Below are positions 1 to 51,464 of a stretch of DNA of 64,000 nucleotides, piece by piece. The notes under the pieces were generated by a model that searched no databases, was not told the DNA's origin, and worked only from the letters and a program-made list of their open reading frames with translations. Origin of the DNA: Eledone cirrhosa (taxonomy: Eukaryota); contig OZ024746.1 of the NCBI GenBank assembly GCA_964016885.1, forward strand, positions 100,440,001-100,504,000, in the 5' to 3' direction. Numbering within the stretch: the first letter of the stretch is position 1; the number at the start of each line of letters is the position of its first letter. The translations under genes and the position numbers were made by a program.

Positions 1-855
1 GTAATGGCACTGAGGAGCTTTGCCAATTCGAGATAAACTCTACAGGCATGGAAGTGCCATCAGCCGGGCCTGTCCGAGATGTTCACAGGGCAATGAAACC
101 ATCCTGCATGCAATCGTCCAATGTCAGAGCATTGCTGATTTGTGGGTTTATGTTGAACACCTGCTGTCGCATGTGGGACAAATCTGGCTATCAGCTGAGT
201 CCATTTTGAAGATTGTCCTGCCACCGTCCTTTAGTCAGGAAAGGCAGCCTGTTTTTATCTGTCTTGTGGCCATGGCAAATGAGGTACAATAGTGGACATG
301 CTTGAAAGGTTTGAAAACAAACACTTTCCTCTTAGGTGAAGCCCTGATTCTCCAGGTTTCACTTGAAGAGGAAAGTCAGGGTGGAGAAGGGGGTGCTGCC
401 TTCAAAACAATTTGTTGAAAGATGAGTGAGAAAGGCAAGCATAACCTGAGTGAATGGGCCAGCTCTGAGTATGAGCCTGAAGATTTGAGGACAACTGGGA
501 CAGGGCACTTAACCAAGAGATCAGGGTACTTGTGGTTTTAGGGGGGGGGGCATGAGTGACTCGCAAATGCCTCCTCCGTATTGAGCAAAACCCTGTTTTA
601 ATTTTGATTATCTTATCTTTCCCTTTTAACATTGTTAAAATTTGTTTACATGCAAAACCCACACTAATACACACAGTTTTCGTCTTGTGTCGTCATCATC
701 ATCACCGTTATACATCCATTCTTCCACGCTATCATGGGTTAAACGGGTTGTCCTGTTATGAGCAATGCCAGGTCAGGTGACCATGTCTTGCTCATACAGA
801 ACTGAATTTCCTAATGTAAACCCTTTGTGGTCAATAAAGAAATTATTATTATTAT
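1..855 (+). mobile_element. Degenerate Tx1/L1-like LINE 3' part (CCHC zinc-knuckle region, 3' UTR), interrupted by a short RTE-tail insertion at ~690-810
   Basis: LPIRDKLYRHG...CPRCSQGNETILHAIVQC; ends AATAAAG(AAATT)(ATT)n; homologous to 2160-3200 on the opposite strand. Confidence 0.75.
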
Positions 856-1164
856 TTCCATTATTATTTTTATTGTGCATCATTACTACTTTACCCAACA
901 CAGCTGTGCTGTGCACCTTGGGCATGTGCAGTGTAGTTTTTGCTGATGTTTCTATTGTATTAATAATACTTTTTGTAATATGTGTGTGCAGTGCCTAGTA
1001 GTGCTATCTTTTGTATGCTGTATATATTTGTAAGTCCTGGGGTTTTTGTTATTATTATTAGATAGAAGAAAATGCTCAATTGTTGAGAAGACAAATCAAA
1101 CAAATAAAGAGGAAAACATTGAACAAAGCTGAAACAAATAAAATGTTGAGAAAATTGTACTCAC

Positions 1165-38175
<37,011 letters not shown>

Positions 38176-38476
38176 TTTCAAAATAAAATAATGGACGAAA
38201 AAAATTTGTTTCTAGTGCTTCAGGCACAAAGTCAGAAACAGAGTGGTCAGCAACTCTACTGTAATTTTTAAGAAAGTTTACACACTTTAACATATGGCAT
38301 TTCTGTGAATCTGAATAAAAAGAAAAGAAAAATATTTTAAATTTCAAAATTTCAAATAAGTGTTCATTAAATGTTTACATTTAAAAGGGAAAAAGTAATT
38401 TTTTTTTTTTTTATTTCATTAAATCTCAACTGATCAACTACCAAGTGGATATAGAAACAACCCCAAAATACAATAC

Positions 38477-39250
38477 ATCATCATCATCATTGTTTTTACA
38501 TCTGCTTTTTCACACTTGCATGGGTTGAACAGGTCCTTTTCAGCACTGCATCTCTGTACATGTGATCTTTTGTCATCTTTTCTGTGAGTCTCAGTGATTT
38601 GAGGTCAGCTCTGACAACCTCTGCCCAGGTCATTCTTGGTCTTCCTCTACTGCAACTTCCTTCCCCCAATGATTATATGTCGATGCACATCACATGTCCA
38701 AACCAACACAGTCTTCTCTCTTACACACCACCACAGATTCCTCTTAAACCCAGCTTCTCCTTCAACTCATCCAAGCTTTGCCTCTCTCTCACTTACATTA
38801 CACATCCAACAGAGCATGGTTGCTTCATTTCTCTCCAGTCTATGCATGTGTTTCACTACCATGCAGCATCACACTTCGCATACAGGTGTCATACAGTCTT
38901 CCTTTTGCATGTGGGGAGAAAGCTTTTGTGGTCAACAGTGGGAGTAGCTCTCTGAACTTTTTCCATGCTCTCCTTATTCTAGTTATGCTCTCAGAGCACC
39001 TTCCTCCATTGCTAATTACGTTGCCAAGCTAGCAGAAGCTACCAACCACTTCTGTATCACTGTTTAACTTACTCTGTGCATCCTCTACAAACAATTCCTG
39101 TTAGTCTACTAGTTATCCCACTACATCTCTTGTGTATCCAAGATTTACATTGTGTACATTACATGGAGTTTATGCCTATTCCCTTTCTACATATTGAGCA
39201 GGACCACTTCCCTGAAAGAATCATGGTCCTATCTTCTCTCCTACTCAGAC
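38477..39250 (-). mobile_element. Old degenerate RTE LINE 3' fragment
   Basis: Similar to family C 3' region; (GAT)n tail at ~38477. Confidence 0.75.
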
Positions 39251-39415
39251 AAAAAGAAATACCAAGAATTAGTTAGATATTTTGATGCTAAGAATGTTAC
39301 AATATACAAGTTAAAGAAGTGACATATATCACACAAGAAAATGGTTATTCAGTTAGAAATAATATAAACTAAGAGCAAGTCAGCCTTATAGTTGTTATAA
39401 ATGTAAATGATTAAT

Positions 39416-39653
39416 TTAACCCTTTAGTTACCAACCCGGCCAAAACCGGCTCTGGTTCTATGAAATAAAATCACTCATTACAAAGGTCTCCAATTTAAAT
39501 TAAAATCATCCAACATAATTTTATATAAGAACCTTACATTGAGTTACTATCTTAGTAATGAAATAGTTAATAATTTTAGTAAATCTCTCAAAATAATTAA
39601 TTAATGAATTGAAACAGTGTATTTCATTAGAAATACAATCATAGAAGGGTTAA
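39416..39653 (+). mobile_element. piggyBac-type MITE family 2 (~235 bp)
   Basis: TTAA-CCCTTTAG...AAGGG-TTAA; copies at 3364-3599 (+) and 13267-13504 (-); related elements at ~15178-15422 and ~49072-49450. Confidence 0.85.
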
Positions 39654-41008
39654 GATGACAATGAATACATGAATGGTCACTGAAGAACAATGCAATTATT
39701 TTTTCAGCCAACAATAACTGACAGATACCACCTACAGTGCTGCTTTTGACACTACCAATTTTTGTACTAGATCAAATAGCTAAAGATACCATGTTACTTT
39801 TCTTTAACTCAAATCTGAAATTGCAGTAACTACTTTATTTCTGTGCATCAAGAGAGGTATTTGAGTTATATAGAGTAAATATTTGCACAAGTAAACTATG
39901 GAAGAATAACACATAAGATTATAGTTAAATCCATGTAGAAAAATGCAAAATATCACATCATTTAGTGAGGAATTTGTAATCCAAATAGGTATGCATCAAT
40001 AGTCTTTTTTTGATCTCATTACCTTTTATCCTGATTTTGAAGCCCTCATGTCAGAATTCAGGACCAAGTGCACCAGCAAACTTCTATACACAAACCTGCT
40101 TCTCATTGCAGAATCAATGGAATAGCTGCAAGATAAGTTCAAAACCTCGTAATAGGGTCAAAGATCAACAAGTCTGTGTTAATACTAATACTTCAGACTT
40201 TCAGAGACCAACAGATTGAAGAAAAGAAGGATATATTTATATAAAACTAATATATCATAAGACATGCACAAGGTCAAGTGGCATTCCTTTAAGACTTACA
40301 ACCAGTCATCCTTCAAGTGTTCAAAATATACTGACATGCAAACATTTTAATTAAAATACTAATAAAGACAATGATGAAGGAAAATGTATTTTTAAAAGCA
40401 TTAGTTAGATTCTCTTACCTAGGCAATACAATTTGTGTAATGAATATTATCCATAGTGTTGGGTAAAAATTTGAATGATTCGCTTGTGATGACTATAAAG
40501 AAATTCTCTCTGTATACAGAATGCAAACTGAACACACTGGAAATGTCTGGAATGAAATGAGATTAATGTAAATTGCTGAGTGTACAACAAAGCAGTGATA
40601 TCATAAACACATCTACATATATGACTGGCTTCTGCAGTTTGTTTAAAAAATTTCACTAACAAGGCATTGCTCAACCTCGGTCTATGGTAAAAGACACTTG
40701 CCTAAGGTGCCACAGAGTGAGATCAAATACAGTAGCAAGTTCTTAACTATACAGCCATGCCTACACCTACTGAATTTGTTATTAATAGAACAATGAAATG
40801 GTAGAAATAATAAAGTACTGAACTAAATACCTAGTGGTATTTACTTCCCTTCATGTTCTAAGTTCAAATCTCACCAATTTTGAGGTGACCGTTAAACTCC
40901 TTTAAGTCAATAAAATAACTAGCAGTCAAATATTGAATGATGTGAGTTTATGGAGGGAATTATTAAAGATATGTGGCAACAGACATATCAGAAATCATTA
41001 TTGTGATA

Positions 41009-41186
41009 GTGGATTGGCAGTATCGGTAGAGGGTCGGACGCCATGCTTTCCAGCATAGTTACGTCCCTTTACGATCTGAGTTCAAATCCCGCCGAGGTTG
41101 ACTTTGCCTTTCATCCTTACGGGGTCGATAAAATAAAGTACAGTAATGCACTGGGTCATTGCTGGCCTTGTGCCTAAAGTAGAAAC
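41009..41186 (+). mobile_element. tRNA-related SINE family 2 (representative copy)
   Basis: GTTCAAATCC B-box then GCCGAGGTTGACTTTGCCTTTCATCCTTACGGGGTCGATAAAATAAAGTAC; copies at ~1915-2075, 12131-12325, 21340-21520, 43615-43791 (13-bp TSD CTTATATGATAAT), 60165-60345, 60362-60560. Confidence 0.8.
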
Positions 41187-42179
41187 AATTATTGTGATAT
41201 TATCAAATATAGTTTATGAAAGCGAGTCATACAGTAAAAATAGATATTGAAAGAATCAAATAAATAGATATTGAAAGAATCAAATAAACAGATTAAGTAG
41301 ATAGATAAATGGTTATGAAAACAATTTACCAAAGGAAATTCAAATCAATCTCACTTTTTGACCTATAACAGAATATGATCAAGGACAGAATAAATAGTAG
41401 AAAAGAAAACAACACAAATTCTGATGGTTTCAAAAACAAGCAAAATTTCCAAGGAAGATAGTCCCTATTGATTGTTTTAGTAATTTCAATAAATATTTTC
41501 CTTATTACAGATTTCCTCTCAATGTAACAAACTAAAGATTCTTTACACTGGGGTTCACTTTCCTTCAGAGCAGCTGATAAAGTAAACATCAGTGGTTTAC
41601 TGGCATCTGTCCACTACATCATCTTGTTCCCTACCACCTTCACAAAGATTGGCCTTATGCCTAATCAAAACAAATCATTATTACTATTATGGAGAAAGGT
41701 AATTACCTGCTTCATTCTTCAACCAAGAGGCATTCAACTATGTCCCTCGTCAAAGAATTTAGCTCAACTTCTTTTTCTTTATATTCTTATAGCTTCTAAT
41801 GACTAATTAGGAAATAGCTGTTTGCCAGGTCAATTTTGCCTGAATATTAATAAGGTCGAAATATTTATCGGAATCATTCAAGTAATAATTGTTCTTTTGT
41901 TAATATTGAATCTTTATCTTCCATAAATTCAGTAACAATTTAAATTAAAGAATAGTGAAGTGCTTTCACAATCCCCCAAATTACTCCAATAACAGTAATT
42001 CAAGTGGACAAGATCTTACTAATAATTTAGCTAATTGTAACTAACCTACAAATTTAACGGTGTGTATGTATGTGTGTGAATGTATGTATGGAAAGAGAGA
42101 GAGGGTAGAGAGTTAGAGAAAAAGAATGACCATAGATGAAGATGCAGTTCAGGTTTATGTCAGGACAAAGTATTCATCA

Positions 42180-42930
42180 ATGACTTTTTCCTTATGAGAC
42201 AACTATAGTTCTTAGTGAAGGCAAACTAGTACACCAAACATTTCTTGGTCTAGAGAAGTGATCATGAAAAGATTCTAGGAGTAGACAAATGGTTTATAAG
42301 AATCATGCAAACATATGTACTGAAATTCTGTCAGAAAGGACAGAGTAAACTGAGTTGAACAAGGAACTTAGCATACTAGTAGGTACCCATCAAGGATTGG
42401 TTCTCAACCCACTTCAATTTATTATAGTTCTCCAGGCAAATAACAGAGGTGTTTAAGATCAGCTGTTTCTGGAAACTTCTGTATGTTAATGAGCTTGTTA
42501 TCTTAAATGAATCTGTAGGAGAATTTCAGAAGAAATTCCAAACATGACAGCAAAGCCCAGAAATGAGATTTCTTAAAGTAAAACAAGTAAAGACAAAAAT
42601 CCTAGTTAGAAAGAAAGAAAACATAACTCTACAGCAAAGAGGGTAGGAATTCTATACAGTGTAATCACAGGCAGGTTAGCAGAGAAGGACTGTGTATGTA
42701 GCTGATACACTGGAGTAGTTAGCAGTAAAGGCAGCAAGGAAATTAATTTCCTCAATGCCCAAAAGATGTAGTTAAAAGGTTCAATCAACCTAGATCAGCA
42801 GTATAAGGTCGTTGGAAAGTTTAGTAGCAGAGTAGAATCAGGTTGAAAAAAACAAGGCAACTACTACCTCTGCCACCAACAAAGGGGTTATCTTTCCTGG
42901 TGAAGAGCAGATTGCAGGATGCTTAACCTT
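42180..42930 (+). mobile_element. Highly degenerate RTE RT fragment
   Basis: Remnants of MQFRFMSGQ..., GTHQGLVLNPL, WKLLY motifs. Confidence 0.6.
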
Positions 42931-44958
42931 TAGGACGCTGAATTGTTTTATAAATTGCTTCCCTTGACATTGCATTATATATTAAGGGGAGATTACTCTA
43001 TCGACAACATACTGCGCCGAGAACACCCAGAAGGGTAAGTACAAAATATGGATACTGAATGTGAAGGAGATGTGAAAGATACAAAGAAATGAAATGTGGT
43101 CAGAATTTACTTGGCAAATCAAGATAACTACCACTTTCAAATATTTCCTAAAATCTACCAAGTGTATAAAACAAGAGCATATTATATTTAACACTTTCAA
43201 TAGCAAAATACCTGAACCCATTCCTGGTTTTATGATACAAAACTGTTTATTTTAATCCTATAGTATTTAAACCGGCTATATCCAGCCAGAATTCTCTCAC
43301 CTCCTTCTGTTCAAACCGGTCGTAACCGGCCGCTCATACCGTGTTAAGGTATTGTTCTCAAAATAAATATCAAAATCTCATAGATTCAATATTACGTGAG
43401 AAAGCCTTTTCTGTGAAAATGCAATAGTAAATGTAGAGTAATGTGAATGTTAAAGGGTTAAAGTGATTATATTTATCTAAAAACATATAAGTTTATGTCA
43501 GTAGTTTTGTTATGGTCTATCCAAATACTAGCTTAATATTGAGGAAGTTATTTTACTAAATACCTCCAAATTATTAGTTATTTTCCAAATATAGGTAGTG
43601 TCTTATATGATAATAGTTTCTGATTTAGGCACAAGGCCAGCAATTTTGGGGGAGGGGAAAGTCGATTAAATTGACTCCAGTGCGTGACTGGTACTTTATT
43701 TTATCAACCACGTAAGGATGAAAGGCAAAGCTAACCTCTCTGCCACAAAGCATGTTGTCCGACATTCTACTGATACTGCCAATCTACCACCCTTATATGA
43801 TAATGAAAGGATTTAGATGATGGCTGTTTAACAAATTGGATCCCTCCAGCAACACTGTACTAAATCTTTGTTGAAGACATTCAGTTCTCAATGGCTCAAT
43901 TCAAGTAGATGTAGAAAGGTACCACAATGTACAGAATAATTAAGGGTTTTCTTATAACTTGCAGTGCTGAAACCAATTTTTCTTATGAGCTACTGGAGAA
44001 AAGATAGTAATAGTGTTTATTATACAAACTACCAAAAATATAGCTCTGGCAGTTCTTTCTTGAATTATAGGAGTACTCAATCAACAACCATTTACAACAA
44101 AATTTACTCTCTTTTTTTTAAATATTACATTTAGCCCACATTGCTTTCAGGATATCCTAAACTGTGGCATAAAGACGGATGGGTGAGATAAATTGTTAAT
44201 CTTTAGTTTGAATTCCAAAAGTTCAGAAGTTGAGGATAAAATCATAAGCAAAGAGAGAGCCAGAGAGAGAAAATTAAGATGGAAGCAATTCTCAGGAAAA
44301 AGAGTGAACAAACATACAACACTAGCAATTAACCTTCTACACACATAGACACAATCACATATGAAACTGTTTATATTCACAAGTCAAATGAAACTGACTT
44401 GGAAATAGTTGTTTTTATAAATTATACTAACAGTAAGAACAGAATGAACATCATGTGTGTGCATTTGCACACATCCATATACAAAGCATACATGAAAAAG
44501 CAATATAGTAACTGTAGGCAGTGAAAATCATACATTCTATTCCCATGTCATACCATGTGTCATAAAGCAATTGATGTTCTGTTATGAGATATTTACCCCC
44601 ATGTCCCAGAACAATATAGTTTTTAACTTGCAATAAGTACACTTTCAGTTACTTCACTGTTTATGGTACTGCCTATATACAAGATGAGAAAACAACTAAT
44701 GTAAATCTACTACCATAGAATATTGGTCTGATAGCTTTAGTTATTTGTAGGATAATAACTGGAAACAATCCTGTAGACTGGTATTGATTTGTTTAAAATA
44801 AACACAAGGATACTTTCCTAGTCCTAAAGAAATTAACAGAAAATTTGACTAAAGCAGAATCTGAACTAAAAACTAAATATTCAGAAGGGCAAAACTCTGA
44901 TTTCAATATTATCACCCTACACAAGTCATTGAGCTACTCCAGTAATGATGATTCATAT

Positions 44959-45238
44959 ACAGTGGAACCTTGGTTCACAAACTTAATTTGTTCCTGAAGA
45001 CCATTCAACACCCAATATGTTCATAAACCGAAACTATTTATGCCATATGAAATGTTGAAAGAGACTGTGAGAAAGACAGATAGATATCACCATAGTAACT
45101 AACTACACAGCAAGTGATGCTTTCCTGCTATACCCCCAGCTTGTCAACTGCTGTTGCTGGTTTGTGTGTTCATTACTCGAGACACCATTCGTGAACCAAG
45201 ATGTTTTATGTTCGGAAAAATTGTTTGTGAACCAAGAG
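44959..45238. mobile_element. pogo/Tigger-like MITE
   Basis: TA-CAGTGGAACCTTGGTTCACAAAC ... GTTTGTGAACCAAG inverted termini. Confidence 0.55.
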
Positions 45239-45729
45239 AGTATTAACAAACATGAGAGAGACTTAGCTTTAATCATTAGATAAGGAGTATTTCAAAATGG
45301 AAGTTTAAAATCTATATTTTGCAGATGATTTCAAATAAAAAACAAGTGGAAAGATATAAATGTAACAACTGCTATCAAAAACCACAACGAAAAAATATAA
45401 GCTTACAAATATTAAGCTGTCTTTTCTTTCTTTTATTTATCCAGTATGTTTTTCTAAAAATGTGAAAGATTTAAAAGCAATCCATATTATCTTACTAATT
45501 AAATTAGTTGTTTGCATATTTGTTCATTAAAATATTTTCTTAAAGAGTTAAAAAAGAAGCAGTAATATGTTTACTTAGTTGACATTGGTATAAATATAGG
45601 GAGTGTCTGTAGAAATGTGAGAATTTTATAAAATGGCCTATTTATGTGAATAGAAATACTGAATCACACAACTAAACTGAAATTTACAGCTCACACCTAT
45701 ATAGGTTTAGTTTTCCTCCAATGAGGTTG

Positions 45730-46630
45730 CATCTCATAGGAGGTTCTTCGGCCCTGATATTGACGGCCCCACCTGTGTTAATGAGGATTTTATGAAACAA
45801 TTTTTTTTCTTATTTGCTCCATTACATTTTGAACTATTCACATGTAGATACCACCCTTCTAGTTTGTCTGATTTAACAACAAAAGAACAAGTACTATTCA
45901 TATCAAGAAAATATAACTGCACCTCACCACCCTTAAACATGAACAGCACGCAATTAAAGCCCCCATATTTGCTCCAAATGCTAGGCCTCACTATCACTGA
46001 GGATCTCTCATGGTGAACACATATCCTAAACATAGCTAAAGCTACAACTAAAAAACTGCCCTTTCTCCTCAGAATCAGAAAATAGCCCTCATCCCACTCA
46101 TCCACAACTTCTGACTCTCTACAAAGCTCAGTTAAGAGCTATAATGGAGTACAGACCCCACATCTGAAACGGTGCTACCACACACTACACACACACAAAC
46201 ACAAACATCCTAGAGCACATCTTGAAAAAAGCCATTTGTCTGATTAATATAAAGTTACTGACAGACTTGCTCCAGCCTCTGGTCCACAGACATCGTCTTC
46301 CTTTTCTGTCTTTTCTATCACTAACATTATGGCCTTTGTTCCTTGGATGTGGCTAATCTGATGCCATCACAATTCAGGCACGCCTACCTCACTTCTCTCT
46401 CCTCTACTTACCACCCATATTCTGTTCAGTTCTCACATTGGGACCCATACTAACTACTGTTGCCAATCCTTCTTCCCCCAGAACATCATCCCACTGGAAT
46501 TTTCTCCTTACACAAGTCTTCCCTGCAGGAGATGACCTGCAACAATTTAAACAGAAGATTTCACCAGTTCTGGAGGGCCTGCAACGATCATGGACACAGC
46601 CCATTTCTCCAAACTGAGCAAATATTAAAA
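45730..46630 (+). mobile_element. Degenerate CR1/L2-like LINE RT C-terminal fragment
   Basis: LQMLGLTITEDLSW, HILNIAKAT, LTLYKAQLRAIMEY motifs with stops. Confidence 0.7.
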
Positions 46631-47863
46631 TAACTTGTTTTTTTCATCTGTAGAAGCATGTTTCAATATTGATGATGATGATGAGTACAGCTGATGAACA
46701 GTTATATTTCTGTTGTTAGTGTAAGTCAAAATTGAGTTCTTTTAAGTCTGGCATAGACTACAGGTGGACAGGAAAAATGAAATGAAGCAGCAGCTAGGAC
46801 TGCTGTTACACTACACAATTAAGTTTCACTTCACATAAAGCATACTGTGATTAAGGAGCTGGCTTCAAACTGTTTTTAGGGACCTGGCTTCAAGCAGTGA
46901 TTAGGAACCTAACTTCCAACAAAGATAGTGTATACATGAAGAATTTAAGGTGTTGTATGCTTGTCAATTGGATGAAAGTGTCATGTTGACAAAATCATCA
47001 GTTTGGATTAAAATGCTTAAACTGGAGTTGAATGCATACTAGGTCACATGTGAACAAACTGAGCCTGACATTTCTAGAGCCTCTTGTATAAACACAGTAA
47101 CTACTTGCACATTTTCTAGAGTCGACTAAAAACTTCATAAACTGTCTTTAAAGGAGTGATGTTAGAGCTGTGAAATTTTATATGCATTAATTTCAACTCT
47201 TCTTATTAATAACTGCATTGTTTCTTTCTGGGTACTCTGTTGAAAAATAAACCTCTTTTGGTCAGAGAGTATCTTGGTCAACCTATGAACTTCTCAGGCG
47301 GCCTTCATATATATCACATACATCATCTCATTTAGCAACTGTGACACGAGTAAATATAAATGGATATTGTCTCATTGATTTATTATAAACATGAAGCTTT
47401 CCAGTAAATTAGTCAACTGAATTATGATCCATTGCACCTTGTTCTGAGGAAAGGTTGGAAGATGGCATTCAAGGGTGTGAATAGTTATTTAATTACTCAT
47501 ATGGACTATTACACAGTTAGGATAACGTATTGAAGTGTTGACTTTTAGATATTTGAGGGGGGGGGGGGGCAGAAAACTAGATAAATAGATAGAAAGGGAG
47601 ATGGGAGAAAGAGGAGAAGAGAAGGAACGAAAATAGGAGTGAGGGACAGAACTAGAGAGAGAGAGAGAGAGAGAGAGATGTAGAGCTATATGCATTAGAA
47701 TGACTGCAATACTAAAATGCTGTAATCATACTGGCATTAATTGTTAGTGATAGAGATAAAATAGATATGTGATTAAAAGAAATAATGGAAATATATATAT
47801 ATATATGTGGGTCCCAGGTTCAATTGGGGGTAACCACAGTAAGGTACTTGATACACTCAATTC

Positions 47864-48055
47864 ATTAGTAGAGTGTAAACATGTTTAATATAGAAATAGC
47901 TTCTACAGGACTGGAACTGTTTCATTCAAAAGAAATCATCAGGAAAGCCCTTGATAAAGATAAAAACAAAATCCTGATGATTTCTTTTGAATGAAACAGT
48001 TCTAGTCCTGTAGAAGCCATTTCTATATTATTAAACATGTTTACACTCTACTAAT
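47864..48055. repeat. ~80-bp inverted repeat with hammerhead-ribozyme-like core (possible Penelope-like element remnant)
   Basis: 47864-47944 is the reverse complement of 47972-48055; each arm carries CTGATGA..GAAACAG..CTGTA. Confidence 0.8.
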
Positions 48056-48646
48056 ATATTAACCCTTTAGCATTTACATTACTCTATATTTATTATTGTA
48101 TTTCCACGGTGAACACTTTATCTCACATAATATTTATTTTGAGAGCAATACCTTAAGTATGAACAGCCAGTTATGGCCAGTTTGAACAGAAAGAGGTGAG
48201 AGAATTCTGGCCAGATACGGCCAGCTTACTATATATATATATATATATATAGTAAAGACCTCCTTCAGTCAAGAATGACCACCTAGAAAGTTCCCTTACA
48301 AGCCACAAATCCAGGTAACATTGTTTGTGGAAGACCAGCAGTCGCTCATGCATACCAGTCTCCCCTTTCCATGCCACTGATGTTGTCCAAGGGAAAGGCA
48401 ATGGCTGATACAGCTTGACACCAGTGACGTCGCAAATCATTTCTCCATCTGAGTAAACTGGGGCAACATGAAATAAAGTGTTTTGCTCAAGAAAACAATA
48501 GCAGAGTGAAGCAAGTATATAAAACTTTAGTCACAGTCATTACATGTTATAATATCAGAAAATCAGAGGAAAAAAGCAAGGACTATTAGGGTGTGGAACA
48601 GGGGGGGGGGGGGGGGGGGGAGATCTCACTAAGAGACAATTAATTA

Positions 48647-48811
48647 CCGTATTTCCCGGCGCCGAAGATGCTTCGTCCTCGAGGGCTCACCCTAATTTTG
48701 ACAACAAAATTTGAAAAAAATAATAAACAACCTTCAGCCTCCAGGACGCATGCTAGATTTTTTAGACTTATTTTAGGCAATAAGCAACGTCTTCAATGCC
48801 GGGAAATACAG
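48647..48811. mobile_element. Tc1/mariner-type MITE
   Basis: TA-CCGTATTTCCCGGC ... GCCGGGAAATACAG-TA. Confidence 0.7.
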
Positions 48812-50949
48812 TAATCTTGAGAAACAGTAGTAAGCTGTAATAAATTGTTAGAAAACTAGTAATGTAAAGCTTGAGTATTTACATTACTCTATATTTACTA
48901 TTGTATTTTCACGGTAAACACTTTATTTCACATAATATTGAATCTAAGAGATTTTGATATTTATTTTGAGAACAATACCTTAACATAAAAATGAGCAGCT
49001 GGTCATGACCGGTTTGAACAGAAGAGGTGAGAGAATTCTGGCTGAATATGGCCGGCTTAAATGGTAAAATGTTAACCCTTTCATAAACATATTCCTAATG
49101 AAAGATACTGCCTCAGATTTTTAAATGATTTTTGTAAACAGTCAAGAATTTGGAGGAATTTAGTCATAAGACTACTAACCTTCTCATTGATAAGCTAGTG
49201 CTTGGAACAAAGATTTTTACATTAACCTTTCTGGTACCATATTTCTTATGAAAGACTACCTATGATTTTCAAATAATTTTGAAAATAATCAAGAATTTTT
49301 AGGGACTTAATATACATAATTTTCTTATTATTAAGCTAGTGTTTGTGACATAACAGCTTTTTATGAAATGTTGATAGAAAGGTTTTTAGATAAAACAGTT
49401 TTGTATAATAGAACCAGGAGTAGGGCCAGGCTGTTTCGTATCAAAAGTACTAAACCGTGCTCCCCAAGGATGTCTCATACTTTGTTTATAAGCAGCAGAT
49501 AAATGAATTATTACTGATTGTTATTAAAATAAATGAGTCACAGCCGGTTGAGTCTGAAATTTATGTTTCATTAGCAGGGTGATGAATGAGACTAAGATAT
49601 GTCACAGTTATAGCCTGGGAGACTAACACATAGTCTGAGATACTATTGCTGTTATAGTCTGTAAATAGACAGTGTGGCAGCACAATTCACTGTAAACATT
49701 ACTGTATAATTAACTGACAAGTGTTTAATTAGTTTGACAGTTCTAAGTAGAAAACCTTCCCATAAAAGAAAATCTATAATAAAGCAGCATCCTATTGTGA
49801 TAAGAAGCTGTTTCTTTACTTCTGCATCAGTAAAACTGTGATGGGTCACCACCACACTCCCTCCCAGCTAAAAGTGACACAGAGATAGAGAGAGAAAAAT
49901 AACTAAATGAAAGTGGTGAAAATGCACATTTAAATATACCAATCAAAAATGATCAATCTTATTCCTCAGTCCTGCTTGCCCGTCTTTGTATTTCACTGAC
50001 TACATTATCCAACCAAATTTTAACTAGCAAATATTTAGTTCCAAGTAAATATTAACAAAAGCAATCCTGCCAGTTCAGAATAACCAGGACATGGGCTCCT
50101 GATCCTCCTCCTTAGAATAACAGCACCAACAAGAAAACAATATAGAAGTTGAATGAAACCTGATATTTAGTGAGAAATCCAATATATCAATGACTGTCAT
50201 AAATAGCAACTACCAGAAGATAAACATTGATGATAACGGTTCTCTTATGTATGTGGGTCTATGTGTACACACACACAGCTTCTCTGCAAGATATACACAC
50301 ACACATATGTATATACATATATGTGTATATATATGTATATATACATGTGTATATATATATATATGTATATATACATGTGTATATATATCATCATTATCAT
50401 CACCATTTTACGTCTGTTCTTCCATGCTAGCATGGGTTAGACAGGTTGTCCTGTTGTGGGCAATGCCAGGTCGGCTGACCTTGTCTTGCTCATACAGGAA
50501 CTGATTCTGGCTCGATTTCTACAGCTGGATGCCCTTCCTAACACCAACCTCATTTACAGTGAGTGCTGGCTGCTTTTTTTGCCGTGGTACCTCCATGTCC
50601 ACTTTGCAGTGGGATGATAGGGACCCCAGTCCTATCATCTCATTTCTACAGCTGAGTAAACTGGAGCAATGTGAAATAAACTGTCTTGCTCAAGGAAACA
50701 ACACATCACCCGGTCTGAGAATTGAACTTACAACCTTTCGATTGCAAGCCCAATGCCCCAAACCACTAAGCCATGCGCCTTCACATATGTATATATATGT
50801 GTGCATATGTGTGCGTGCGTGTATATATATATACATGTATATATATATTTAGGTTTGTTGGTTCACCACTGGATAGAACTGGTCATTCCATATGGTCAAT
50901 CTCGATGCAATATTATGGAGAGCACTCAACGTAATGTAACTATGTGTAT

Positions 50950-50994
<45 letters not shown>

Positions 50995-51028
50995 TGTACA
51001 TATATATATGTGTGTGTATATATATCTA

Positions 51029-51111
<83 letters not shown>

Positions 51112-51112
<1 letters not shown>

Positions 51113-51458
51113 GAGGCACATGGCTTAGTGGTTAGAGCATTGGCCTTGCAATCGAAAGGTTGTGAGTTCAATTCTCAGACCGGGTGATGTGTTGTTTCCT
51201 TGAGCAAGACACTTCATTTCACATTGCTCCAGTTTACTCAGCTGTAGAAATGAGATGATAGGGTCTGGGGTCCATATCATTCCACTGCAAAGTGGTCGTG
51301 GAGGTGCCACGGCAAAAAAGCACCCAGCACTCACTGTAAATGAGGTTGGTGTTAGGAAGGGCATCCAGCTGTAGAAATCAAGCCAGAATCAGTTCCCGTC
51401 CCACCCTTGCAAGCAGGGAAAAAGCGGACGTAAAATGAAATGATGATGATGATGATGA
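51112..51458 (+). mobile_element. tRNA-derived CORE-type SINE with RTE-derived tail (family 1)
   Basis: A-box TGGCTTAGTGG, B-box GTTCAATTC, MIR-CORE-like CCTTGAGCAAGACACTT..CCAGTTTACTCAGCTGTAGAAATG, tail shared with local RTEs; copies at 50388-50784 (-), 58018-58354 (-), 59032-59360 (+). Confidence 0.85.
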
Positions 51459-51464
51459 TATATA

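Noticed and set aside
48601-48620. G20 tract (also C-run at ~59822) as functional G-quadruplex
   Set aside because: Simple homopolymers with no supporting context; length unreliable
51112-51185. tRNA-like heads of SINEs as functional tRNA genes
   Set aside because: Cloverleaf stems do not pair and the sequence continues into the CORE domain and LINE tail
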